Assembly: GCA_044238065.1 (NCBI GenBank)
Contig: JBIIDY010000002.1
Coordinates: 1 to 34,795 of the forward strand
DNA from: Limisphaerales bacterium
GTDB lineage: Bacteria > Patescibacteriota > JACMRA01
Direction of reading: 5' to 3'
DNA: 34,795 nt
The notes beneath the pieces are model-generated. The model ran no database searches and was not told where the DNA came from. It saw nothing but the letters and a program-made list of their open reading frames with translations. Shown here piece after piece: positions 1-7,679 of the stretch. Within the stretch, counting starts at the first letter, position 1. Each line of letters begins with the position of its first letter. The position numbers and the translations under genes are program-made.

Positions 1-93
1 TTGGTTAAAAATTTCAGAATTATTAGCGGAATTTGTAGATATAGACTGAATAAAATAGCTAAAAGATTTAATTTAATTTGTGGAATTTGTAAC

Positions 94-483
94 CTAAAAA
101 ATGTTTAACGCAAGAGGTCTATTATGTCCAATGGTTCTTTTCCAAACAATAGTATTCCTAAAATTCCCTTCGCCAAAGATTTTATCCAAAATATAAACCC
201 GAATGTAGGCGTCCGCATGCCAGTCGCAGTGGAGATAAAAACTCCCGGTTGGTTTGAGAATGCGATGAATTTCTTGCACTCTTTCTTTGAGCCAGCCGAT
301 ATAGTGATCCACTCCGCCACTCCACCGATCTTCAAAACTCCGCACTTCGCCCTTGTCGCCCCAAATCACTTCGTAGTTACGATTAGAGAAAAACGGCGGA
401 TCAATGTAGCAAAGGTCAACACTTTCACTAGGTAAATTTTGGAGAGTTTGGAGGCAATCGCCGAGGATGAGAGAGTTTAGCAT
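94..483 (-). pseudogene. N-terminal fragment (129 aa) of a beta-class N4-cytosine/N6-adenine DNA methyltransferase; the C-terminal SAM-binding half is missing
   Basis: The translation starts MLNSLILGDCLQTL and contains catalytic motif IV DPPF (LCYIDPPFFSNRNYE) and GSFYLHCDWH, typical of the N4/N6 MTase family. The ORF stops after 129 aa, and no FxGxG motif I is visible in any frame of nt 1-93. Confidence 0.7.
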
Positions 484-559
484 AAAAAAAAGTTGACTGG
501 AATAAAAACTTGTGATATAATACGATTATCATAATTTTTAATTTATTTTTTTGTCAAAG
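445..559. repeat. Repeat unit R1: methyltransferase 5' codons (minus strand) plus bidirectional promoter region
   Basis: The core gcataaaaaaa[a]g/cttgactggaataaaaacttgtga[t/c]ataatacgatta[t/c][c/t]ataatttttaatttatttttttgtcaaag is shared nearly base-for-base with 1029-1143 and slightly less well with 1751-1866. Confidence 0.9.
493..557. promoter_or_regulatory. Overlapping face-to-face promoter pair in R1
   Basis: Plus strand: TTGACT (493-498), 17 nt, TGaTATAAT (513-521, extended -10). Minus strand: TTGACA (557-552), 18 nt, TATGAT (533-528). The two -10 boxes are 6 nt apart and point at each other, so the predicted start sites overlap. Confidence 0.65.
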
Positions 560-564
560 TGTGT

Positions 565-1027
565 ATGGAAAAATTACCAAATTCTGAAAAACCAAAAATA
601 ACCAAAGATGAAGTAAATCAATTAGTATATACAGAGGATTTTCAACAAATGCCAAACGGAGATGCTAAAATAAGCAAAAACAATCTTTAAAGAATATACT
701 AATAATAATCGTTTTACTGGTGAATGCTACGATATAGAGAAATTATTGTTAATAAGTTTTTATGTTTTGGGAAGCGGGGCAAATGTAGTTGAAGATAATA
801 ATTATTACATCTGTACACCATACGATCAAACAATAATTAATTGCCTCGTAATAAGATTTGGAAGACCTGACTTAGCTTGTCACAGTGAAGTAAAAGGTCT
901 GGGCAGTGAACCACACATACATATTCATCAAAATAAAAAATCCAAAGAAATTAATTATGGCTATGAAACTACTAAATTCATTGGTAAAAATCTACATGTT
1001 ATGGTTAGACAAGATGAGTATTATTAG
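565..1027 (+). pseudogene. Cassette-1 cargo: hypothetical ~150-aa gene apparently split by a +1 frameshift in an A-rich run
   Basis: ATG at 565 opens a 41-codon ORF (MEKLPNSEKPKITKDEVNQLVYTEDFQQMPNGDAKISKNNL) ending at 690. The next frame is open from 674 to 1027 (AKTIFKEYTNNNRFTGECYDIEKLLLISFYVLG...), overlapping at aaaataagcaaaaacaat. The second part contains RPDLACHSEVK, a possible PD...ExK signature. Confidence 0.4.
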
Positions 1028-1028
1028 A

Positions 1029-1143
1029 ACTTCCAAACCGCCAGCCGAGAATTAGAGAGTTGAGCATAAAAAAACTTGACTGGAATAAAAACTTGTGACA
1101 TAATACGATTATTATAATTTTTAATTTATTTTTTTGTCAAAGA
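1029..1143. repeat. Repeat unit R2: orphan MTase start stub (MLNSLILGWRFG on minus strand) plus promoter region
   Basis: Hand alignment to R1 shows only a few substitutions or indels across the ~80-bp core. No methyltransferase body is attached. Confidence 0.9.
1076..1140. promoter_or_regulatory. Overlapping face-to-face promoter pair in R2
   Basis: Plus strand: TTGACT (1076-1081), 17 nt, CATAAT (1099-1104). Minus strand: TTGACA (1140-1135), 18 nt, TATAAT (1116-1111). The leftward promoter has only an MTase stub ahead of it and would read antisense into the 565-1027 ORF. Confidence 0.6.
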
Positions 1144-1713
1144 ATGAGTCTTGAATTTTCTCCCCACGAAACTGTTGATATAGAAACATTTATGATTGTA
1201 CTTGGCGGTATGTTGCCAAATAGGGATAACCATTTTTACTTTAATGGGCAAGGAGAAGAAAATTCTACTGTTCGTTTTGTAATTGCTGATTGTACTCATT
1301 TAGAACGAGAATTTGAAATAGATACTGATTATTCTACACAAAAAGAGCAGTCGATAACTTTTCATTTCATTCCTTTTGGGAGAAAAAATCTTGCTTTGAA
1401 TAACGATAGGGAAAAACTTTTGTCAAAAATTGGAACTTTAATGACTTTAGTTTTGATTTACGAAAAAGCTGTTGAAAATAATGTGGATTATCTCTTGGTT
1501 AATACTAGATTCGAAAAGCTACATAATTTTATAGTTAATAATTTAGGTTATAACTTGATTACCAACACAGATGAGGGTGAGTATTTAAATTATAAAAAAT
1601 CTATAGTAGAAATTTCTTATAAAATAGTAAATGTAAAGTTAGAAATTAGTGGTTTATGTTCTAAAAATAAAATAACAGAAAAAGAAATAAAAGCAGTTTT
1701 TTGTATTAAATAA
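1144..1713 (+). CDS. Cassette-2 cargo: hypothetical protein (189 aa)
   Basis: The ATG lies directly after R2. It is a long ORF in AT-rich DNA with no motif I can assign. Confidence 0.55.
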   Translation: MSLEFSPHETVDIETFMIVLGGMLPNRDNHFYFNGQGEENSTVRFVIADCTHLEREFEIDTDYSTQKEQSITFHFIPFGRKNLALNNDREKLLSKIGTLMTLVLIYEKAVENNVDYLLVNTRFEKLHNFIVNNLGYNLITNTDEGEYLNYKKSIVEISYKIVNVKLEISGLCSKNKITEKEIKAVFCIK

Positions 1714-1750
1714 AATTACTAGAAAATAGGTAATTTAAAAACTTTCTAAA

Positions 1751-1866
1751 ACTTTCCAAACCACCCGCCAAGGATGAGAGAGTTTAGCATAAAAAAAACT
1801 TGACTGGAATAAAAACTTTTAATATAATACGGATATTATAATTTTTAATTTAATTTTTTGTTAAAG
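1751..1866. repeat. Repeat unit R3: orphan MTase start stub (MLNSLILGGWFGKF on minus strand) plus promoter region
   Basis: Hand alignment to R1 and R2. It is more diverged in the -10 and 5'UTR part (cttttaatataatacggatattataa). Confidence 0.85.
1800..1864. promoter_or_regulatory. Overlapping face-to-face promoter pair in R3
   Basis: Plus strand: TTGACT (1800-1805), 17 nt, TATAAT (1823-1828). Minus strand: TTAACA (1864-1859), 18 nt, TATAAT (1840-1835). Confidence 0.55.
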
Positions 1867-1894
1867 GATTGGAATTTTTAGTAAAAAAATAATC

Positions 1895-2872
1895 ATGAAA
1901 AATTTTTCGTCACATGAGATGAGAGAAGTTCCTTTGGAAAGAGGTGAAGCTTTGCGAAATATAAAATTTATTGATGGAATAAGAGAAGCTGTTTTTATGT
2001 TAAATATTTCCCCACATAATATTATACATATAGGTGGTACGGCGATATTTTATCACACTCAAAAAAAAATACTGGATTTTCTTAGAGAGAAACACCCTTC
2101 AAAACATAAAACAGAATTAACAAGATTGGCAAGCTTCATAGCCAAAACAATGTATAGAGGTACACATGATATTGATCTAATTACTAAACAAGAATCTGAC
2201 ATTTCGCAAATTATTGGAAAAATGGAAAATAATAATTTAGGCTGCTTTGTCAAAAAGGAAATTTCTCATTTGGAAAGTAAGAGGAAGCTTGGGTTTAGAT
2301 TAAATAGGAATCCATATTCATTCTATAAAAAAAAGCAAGAATATAGCGACTATCCTAATACAGATATTTTTGAAATGGATGAATATTTTTTTACAAAACG
2401 TGAAGATTCGTATTTGCTTCATTTTAATGAAAGAATAGTTGAGTGTAATACTGGTTCGGATTGGGATAATAATAATTTTCCAATTATTAAAGAAAACCCA
2501 CTTTTATTAGATCTTGAAGATGAAAAAGGATTGGTTTGCGTTCCTACATTGCTAGATTGTTTTTTATTTAAAACAGATATTATCACTTTTAGTAAATCTG
2601 GGCTAAGACCAAAAGATTGTGTGGATATTTTATTTTTAGTTAGTAACTTTAGTCAAACAGACTCTAAAAATGCTATTATGGAAATAAAAAATAGTCCTGA
2701 CGCTAAAAAAAAGTTTTTAGAATTAAATAATTTATTATCAAATAAGGATAAAGTTATCCAAGAATTTAGCTTGGGTGTCGGCTATTCTTTTAAAGAAAAT
2801 ATAGGAAATGCTATTTTTTGTGAGAAAAAATTAAATGAATTTAAAAAACAAATGGACAGATATAAAAATTAA
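1895..2872 (+). CDS. Cassette-3 cargo: Pol-beta-superfamily nucleotidyltransferase resembling AbiEii/AbiGii (DUF1814) type IV toxins
   Basis: An N-terminal HIGGTAIFYHT is followed by RGTHDIDLI, matching the hGG...R.[ST].DIDh pattern of AbiEii-type NTases. The spacing between the two motifs is longer than usual. Confidence 0.45.
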   Translation: MKNFSSHEMREVPLERGEALRNIKFIDGIREAVFMLNISPHNIIHIGGTAIFYHTQKKILDFLREKHPSKHKTELTRLASFIAKTMYRGTHDIDLITKQESDISQIIGKMENNNLGCFVKKEISHLESKRKLGFRLNRNPYSFYKKKQEYSDYPNTDIFEMDEYFFTKREDSYLLHFNERIVECNTGSDWDNNNFPIIKENPLLLDLEDEKGLVCVPTLLDCFLFKTDIITFSKSGLRPKDCVDILFLVSNFSQTDSKNAIMEIKNSPDAKKKFLELNNLLSNKDKVIQEFSLGVGYSFKENIGNAIFCEKKLNEFKKQMDRYKN

Positions 2873-2932
2873 ACTACATCAATAACCAAAAAACTATTTT
2901 AGACTGGGAAAATTGTCAATAGGAAATACAAA

Positions 2933-2996
2933 ACCACCAAACCATCTACCGAGGATGAGAGGTTTGAACATAAAAAAACCTTGGCTGGAATAAAAA
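2933..2996. repeat. Repeat unit R4: degenerate partial copy (stub MFKPLILGRWFGG on minus strand; -35 mutated to ttggct; -10 half absent)
   Basis: accaccaaaccatctaccgaggatgagaggtttgaacataaaaaaaccttggctggaataaaaa aligns to the left half of R2 and R3. Confidence 0.7.
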
Positions 2997-3100
2997 AATA
3001 CATTTATTAAACTTGTTACTATTTATACCTTGAAACTATCAATAAGTTTCACTTCTCTAAGTGTAAGATTTGGTCGTGGAATGGGTATAATCAAGTTTTT

Positions 3101-3628
3101 TTAGGACTTTTTTTGGAAAGTAGACAGGTATAAAAAAGCGATGGGGCCGATATGCCAAATCCAAGGGACAATTGACCACAAATTGACCTCTTCTACCGTA
3201 ATCACATATTCTTCTGGGTAGCTATTTTTATAACCTCCCAAAAAACGGATAAACCATTTTGGCCACCATTCTCTCGGCATTGGCTGGCTTGGAAAACTAA
3301 GATTGAGAATATAAATAAAAAAACCTAAAACCAACATTCCAAAAAACCAAATTTGCCAAGATTTTTCAAACTCACCTTTGGCGAATAAGTCCAATTTCTC
3401 CACCACAAATTTGCGAATTAATAATGTAATAACCAAGCAAACAAAGAATAAAACAAGCCAAATTGGACCGTCAGTTTGAATTTTAAAATTAAGAGAAGAG
3501 AGAAGACTCAGAATCCACGCCGCAACCCTACCAATCAAATCCTGGGCAACCTGGAAAACGAAAAAAGAAATCAAAGTGGCAACATAGTAAGCAGATAGCA
3601 GACTTTTGCTAAACTTAAATTCTTTCAT
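3101..3628 (-). CDS. Hypothetical multi-pass membrane protein (175 aa)
   Basis: The ORF has several hydrophobic segments (LISFFVFQVA, IWLVLFFVCLVITLLI, IWFFGMLVLGFFIYIL). Confidence 0.5.
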   Translation of the reverse strand: MKEFKFSKSLLSAYYVATLISFFVFQVAQDLIGRVAAWILSLLSSLNFKIQTDGPIWLVLFFVCLVITLLIRKFVVEKLDLFAKGEFEKSWQIWFFGMLVLGFFIYILNLSFPSQPMPREWWPKWFIRFLGGYKNSYPEEYVITVEEVNLWSIVPWIWHIGPIAFLYLSTFQKKS

Positions 3629-3831
3629 ATTTTATATTTATAATAAGATTTTTTCAAAACTTGGAAATTTGAGTTTTTGATTTTTGAAATTTTTTACCCA
3701 ATTTGTTTTGATTATGGGCTTTAATAAAAAAGTTAAACAAAATTAGAGCCAATTTAATAATAGCCAATTTAATCAATTTTAGAATTAAACGATTTAGATA
3801 ATTTTTCAATTTTTTTTATAGGGTTAAATTT

Positions 3832-4068
3832 CTAAGCAACTACTTCAGCGTTATTTTCTACGACTTTGAAAGTAATAGTTTTGGAAACTGGTGAACAACT
3901 TTGAATTTCTACAGCTTGACCAATTGTAAAAAGTGAAGAATCTGAGCAACTACACGCATATCGCTTTTTGACTTTGAAAGATTTTTTGTATTTTGTGTGA
4001 GTTTTTTTGCGGAAAACAGTAACAATTACAGCTTTGGTCATTTTGTTGGATGTGATAACACCTGTCAT
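3832..4068 (-). CDS. rpsQ: 30S ribosomal protein S17 (divergent, stand-alone)
   Basis: GVITSNKMTKAVIVTV...HTKYKKSFKVKKRY...IGQAVEIQSCSPVSKTITFKVVE aligns along its length with the E. coli S17 pattern GRVVSDKMEKSIVV...HPIYGKFIKRTTK...GDVVEIRECRPLSKTKSW.LV. Confidence 0.8.
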   Translation of the reverse strand: MTGVITSNKMTKAVIVTVFRKKTHTKYKKSFKVKKRYACSCSDSSLFTIGQAVEIQSCSPVSKTITFKVVENNAEVVA

Positions 4069-4547
4069 AAATTATGTTAAAAAAGGTATAAAAAATGTAG
4101 AAAATTGGTTGATATTTTTTTGAAAACTAAGAAAAACAAGTTTAAATTTTCAGGAAAAGAGCAAAAACACGTTGAATTGACTATTTATAATAAATAAAAT
4201 TTTGTCAAATAAATAACCATAAAACCTTATCAAATCTTTTCCAATCTTCAAAAAATATAGTAATTTTCAAAGTTTCTACAATTTTTATCATTATTTTTAC
4301 GATTATTTCATTATTTTTTATACAAGCTTTATTTTATTTCTGTCTTGATTTATTCAAAATTCTGGGATTAAAACTTGGGGATATCCACAGCGATTCTTGG
4401 AAATTTCTAACTTTCAGGATAAATTGACCAAAAGAAAAATTTGTTTCAAAATAATCAAAATTATGCTTTTTTTATGTTTTCGTAAAATGTCTCAAATAAA
4501 ATGTCTCAAACTGTAATTCCAAAATATCTTTATCAAAAACGTCAAAC

Positions 4548-4577
4548 TTGACAAAAATTAAAAATAAGGCTTATAAT
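4548..4577 (+). promoter_or_regulatory. Sigma70-type promoter upstream of 4669-5172
   Basis: TTGACA (4548-4553), 18 nt, TATAAT (4572-4577). Confidence 0.5.
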
Positions 4578-4668
4578 TCCTTCTTGCCAATTTATCAACA
4601 AAAATTAAAAACCAAAATTCAAAAAGTAAAATTATCAATCAAATTTTTTCAACCAATTCCCCTAAAAT

Positions 4669-5172
4669 ATGAAAAATAATAATTCAACTTCCAAAATACA
4701 ACCAAACTTTTTGGCTCAAATTTTTTCAAAATCAACTCTTGCAAAATTGGCTTTTTTACCTTTTGTTTTGGCATTATTTTTGGCCGTATCAATTTCAGGT
4801 TTTGCCGAAGAAGAAAATTTGACCCCAGCTTCACCAGCCATTCCTGTGGCCCCTTCCTTTGACCAAACTCAAAGCACTGCTTCATCAGAAATTTCCAGTT
4901 CCTCTGTTTCCAGCTCCAGTCTTTCCAGTTCGTTATCCAGCAGTTTATCTTCTTCAGTTTTTTCTAGTCTTTCCAATAATTCAAGTTTGTCCAGTAAATC
5001 CCTAGATTTGGTTTTACTAGCCAGCACGAACCAAGATAACACGGTTAGAACAGGAGGATTTTCCACTTTATTGATTTTTATGACAATTTTCATGGGAATT
5101 ATCGGCTTTCAGTATCGCAACTTTATCCTAAAAAATCGTGGTTTGAAAACCAAAGAAAAAAGGATCAAGTAA
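4669..5172 (+). CDS. Secreted Ser-rich low-complexity protein with a C-terminal sorting-signal-like anchor
   Basis: It has an N-terminal signal-like segment (LAFLPFVLALFLAVSISGFA) and a long S-rich tract. The C-terminus reads VRTGG, then a hydrophobic stretch (FSTLLIFMTIFMGIIGF), then a basic tail (KNRGLKTKEKRIK). Confidence 0.6.
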   Translation: MKNNNSTSKIQPNFLAQIFSKSTLAKLAFLPFVLALFLAVSISGFAEEENLTPASPAIPVAPSFDQTQSTASSEISSSSVSSSSLSSSLSSSLSSSVFSSLSNNSSLSSKSLDLVLLASTNQDNTVRTGGFSTLLIFMTIFMGIIGFQYRNFILKNRGLKTKEKRIK

Positions 5173-5385
5173 CCAAATCTGGCTTGCAAATTTCTCAACC
5201 CTCTTTCAAAGCTCAAACACAGAAAATACAGAAAAAAATATAGAAAAGTCATTTTTATTTGAAATACTACGGATTAAATTGAGTCAAATTTGAAATTGAT
5301 AAGAGTTATAATTTTTGTAGACTTATAATTTTGAGGCTTTTTCAGGCTTTTTATTTAAAAAAACTCGAGTAAAAATCAAATGAAT

Positions 5386-5411
5386 CTCTGGAAATATGTC
5401 TATTAAAAAAA
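5386..5411 (+). repeat. 26-bp exact repeat, copy 1 (ctctggaaatatgtctattaaaaaaa)
   Basis: It is identical to 16785-16810. It contains ATGTCTATTAAAAAAA, which opens only an 11-codon ORF here. Confidence 0.85.
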
Positions 5412-5454
5412 TATCAAAGAAAACTAATTGAAATACCAACTTTAATCAGTCAAA

Positions 5455-6237
5455 TTAGGAAAGCTTATCATTTTTGTCAAAAAGTGTGCCGCTAAAAATG
5501 GCCAAATCTTCAGTTTCCAAAACAGAATTTACCCGTTTACCGTTCGTCAAAAAAACCTTAATCCCAGCCTCATTTGCCCTGCTGATAGCCTGGAGTTTGG
5601 CTCGCATTCCGCCAGTTCCCAGTGTGGATTTACCACTTGCCATTGACAGAATTTTTTCATCTATTTTTTGGATTTTCTTGATAATTTTGGCATCAGGGTT
5701 TTCTTTCGGATTCATATCATAAAGCCCGTTAATGTCAGACAAAATAACCAATTTATCTGCCCCAATCGCCAAAGATACTTCTACCGCCAGACTATCATTA
5801 TCCGTGAAAATAGTGTCAATTTCTTCAGTGGAAACGGCATCATTTTCGTTAATAATCGGCACAATTCCCATTTCTAAAGCCTTGTAAAGACAGTTTTTGA
5901 AATCTTGAAGGTTGCGAGAATTGAGAAAAATACTGGAGGTGATCAGGTGTTGAGAGACAATTCTATCACCAAAACAAGTCTGCCAGCGACTCATCAAAAC
6001 CGCCTGCCCAACGGAAGCACAAATCTGCTTGGTGGTAATTTCCTCATTTTTTGGCCTTTCTGTCATAGCCAAAGTACGCATACCACAGCCGATTGCCCCC
6101 GAAGAAATCAAGATCACTTTTATACCTTTTTGAACGAGTTTTTCAGTTTGTTTAGCAATATTGGACATTATCTCCAAATCCAATTTGCCAGAATCATCGG
6201 TAATTGTGGTCGTGCCAATTTTGATTAAATAAAGCAT
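5455..6237 (-). CDS. proB: Glutamate 5-kinase (short form without PUA domain)
   Basis: SSGAIGCG, IVPIINENDAVSTEEI, DNDSLAVEVSLAIGADKLVILSDINGLYDMNPKENPDAKII and GTGGMRAKL match ProB and amino-acid-kinase motifs. Confidence 0.85.
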   Translation of the reverse strand: MLYLIKIGTTTITDDSGKLDLEIMSNIAKQTEKLVQKGIKVILISSGAIGCGMRTLAMTERPKNEEITTKQICASVGQAVLMSRWQTCFGDRIVSQHLITSSIFLNSRNLQDFKNCLYKALEMGIVPIINENDAVSTEEIDTIFTDNDSLAVEVSLAIGADKLVILSDINGLYDMNPKENPDAKIIKKIQKIDEKILSMASGKSTLGTGGMRAKLQAISRANEAGIKVFLTNGKRVNSVLETEDLAIFSGTLFDKNDKLS

Positions 6238-6569
6238 AAAAATGAGTCAAGGTTGAAAAATGATTATAAAAGTATTGGTGGGAAAATTGGTGGAAATTAT
6301 ACAAAAGTTTGATGATTTTTAAGTTTGCTTTGGACTTATTTTCAGAATTTTTGAGATTTTTTCAACTTTGTCAAAAAGTACTTAATTTCAATAAAATAAA
6401 TTGTTTTTAGTTTAGTTTTCAACAAGTTCTAAAATAGAATAAATTTTGCTAAATTGTCAATTGCTACTTTGAGGCATTACCAGTATTGCCAAAATATCCT
6501 CCAGAGAACTCAAAATTCTTACCAGCTTATACTTGACTTGGTTTTTTACCGATTATTTCCCGCTTTCCC

Positions 6570-6708
6570 GTCATTGCGAATGAGTGACCAAGTGGAGCCA
6601 TAGGAAACAGAGGCTAGGAAACAGAGGCTAACGAAGTAACCTTTTAACACTTTATATTTAGCTTTACCAGATTTTACCACTAGATCACTTCATTTCATTC
6701 GTGATGAC
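6570..6708 (+). repeat. GC-rich MITE-like dispersed element, short copy
   Basis: gtcattgcgaatgagtg...aacagaggctaacgaagtaac...tagctttaccagattttaccactagatcacttcatttcattcgtgatgac has the same ends and internal blocks as 20290-20566. The ends are imperfect inverted repeats (GTCATTGCGAATGA versus the reverse complement GTCATCACGAATGA). Confidence 0.7.
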
Positions 6709-6835
6709 ACCCTGCGGCTTGTTTATGCCAAAATTTATACCGTAAAATAACTCTGCTAATCAATGGCGACGCAGTGGTCGCCTCTACAAGGGGAATTTTT
6801 TGTTCCAAGTTTTCTAATTTTGTAATTTTGATTTT

Positions 6836-7510
6836 CTACATTTTGGTTTTAAAATCGTCCAAAAAGTGCTTGGCAATTAGGTTTTGCCCATTTTCTCTAC
6901 TAATTCCTCGTGTTTGGAGATATTCTTGGAGTTGGCGATCTATAAACGAAGTTGTTGTGTTGTGAACACATTTTTTGGGTAATTGATAAACTTCCAAAAA
7001 CGGAGAGATTTTATTTTGAATTTTTTCACCCAAAATTAAGTTGTGATTTTGGAAACTAGCTTGACAATTTTGCCCTTTGATTATAATTTTTGCCAAAAGA
7101 TCCAGATTATTTTTGACCAAAAAAGCCGAGTTTATGTTGACTTGACAGTCATTTGCCATTTGCCAAACAACAATTTGAATTTCCACTATCTTATCAATTT
7201 CTCCAAAAACTTGAACTTCACTTTGAGAATTTTCCCCAATTTGCCAGATATTGATAATTAATTTTAATTTATTGTTTTTCGTTTTTTTTACTTGATTTGC
7301 CACTTTGTCTGTTTCCAATTTTTCCAAAAAAGAAATTTTTAAAAACAAGCTAGAATTAGCCAATTGAACGATGTTGAGATTACGACTTTCGGTAGGATTT
7401 TTTATTTCCAAATAGTGTTTGCCAATTATTTCAATATTTTCGAGTTCAATCACCAAGCTTTCCTTTTCCTGCACCACTTCTTTTTGCAAAATATATTGAT
7501 TTTTTTTCAT
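6836..7510 (-). CDS. SufB/SufD-family Fe-S assembly protein (short, orphan)
   Basis: The C-terminal ISPFLEVYQLPKKCVHNTTTSFIDRQLQEYLQTRGISRENGQNLIAKHFL matches the P.LEI..d.V.c.HgaT.g.ld.eqlfYL.sRGi....A..li..gF pattern of SufBD proteins. Confidence 0.6.
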   Translation of the reverse strand: MKKNQYILQKEVVQEKESLVIELENIEIIGKHYLEIKNPTESRNLNIVQLANSSLFLKISFLEKLETDKVANQVKKTKNNKLKLIINIWQIGENSQSEVQVFGEIDKIVEIQIVVWQMANDCQVNINSAFLVKNNLDLLAKIIIKGQNCQASFQNHNLILGEKIQNKISPFLEVYQLPKKCVHNTTTSFIDRQLQEYLQTRGISRENGQNLIAKHFLDDFKTKM

Positions 7511-7679
7511 ATTTATAATTTAATAAACTTAATTTTCACAACTTTTTCACATTTACCATAATTATCTTCGTGCAAAATTAAAACTTTTATTTGATATAGT
7601 GCAATATGGTATTCAGTTTTGACATAAGGTTTGTTTTAATTGGTGTTTTTTCTCGTTTGAGGTATGGTTTTTACTCCAG

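Noticed and set aside
105-435. ORF-track entries 105-335 (-) and 124-435 (+) overlapping the methyltransferase fragment
   Set aside because: They are alternative-frame or antisense translations of a region whose 94-483 (-) frame carries clear MTase motifs. Neither has motifs of its own.
5474-6228. Three plus-strand ORFs (5474-5722, 5668-5877, 5905-6228) opposite proB
   Set aside because: They are antisense shadows of a clearly identified proB.
6765-6782. Hairpin ggcgac-gcagtg-gtcgcc as a terminator for the SufBD-like gene
   Set aside because: The stem is only 6 bp. No U-run directly follows on the minus strand, and the plus-strand T-run is 13 nt away.
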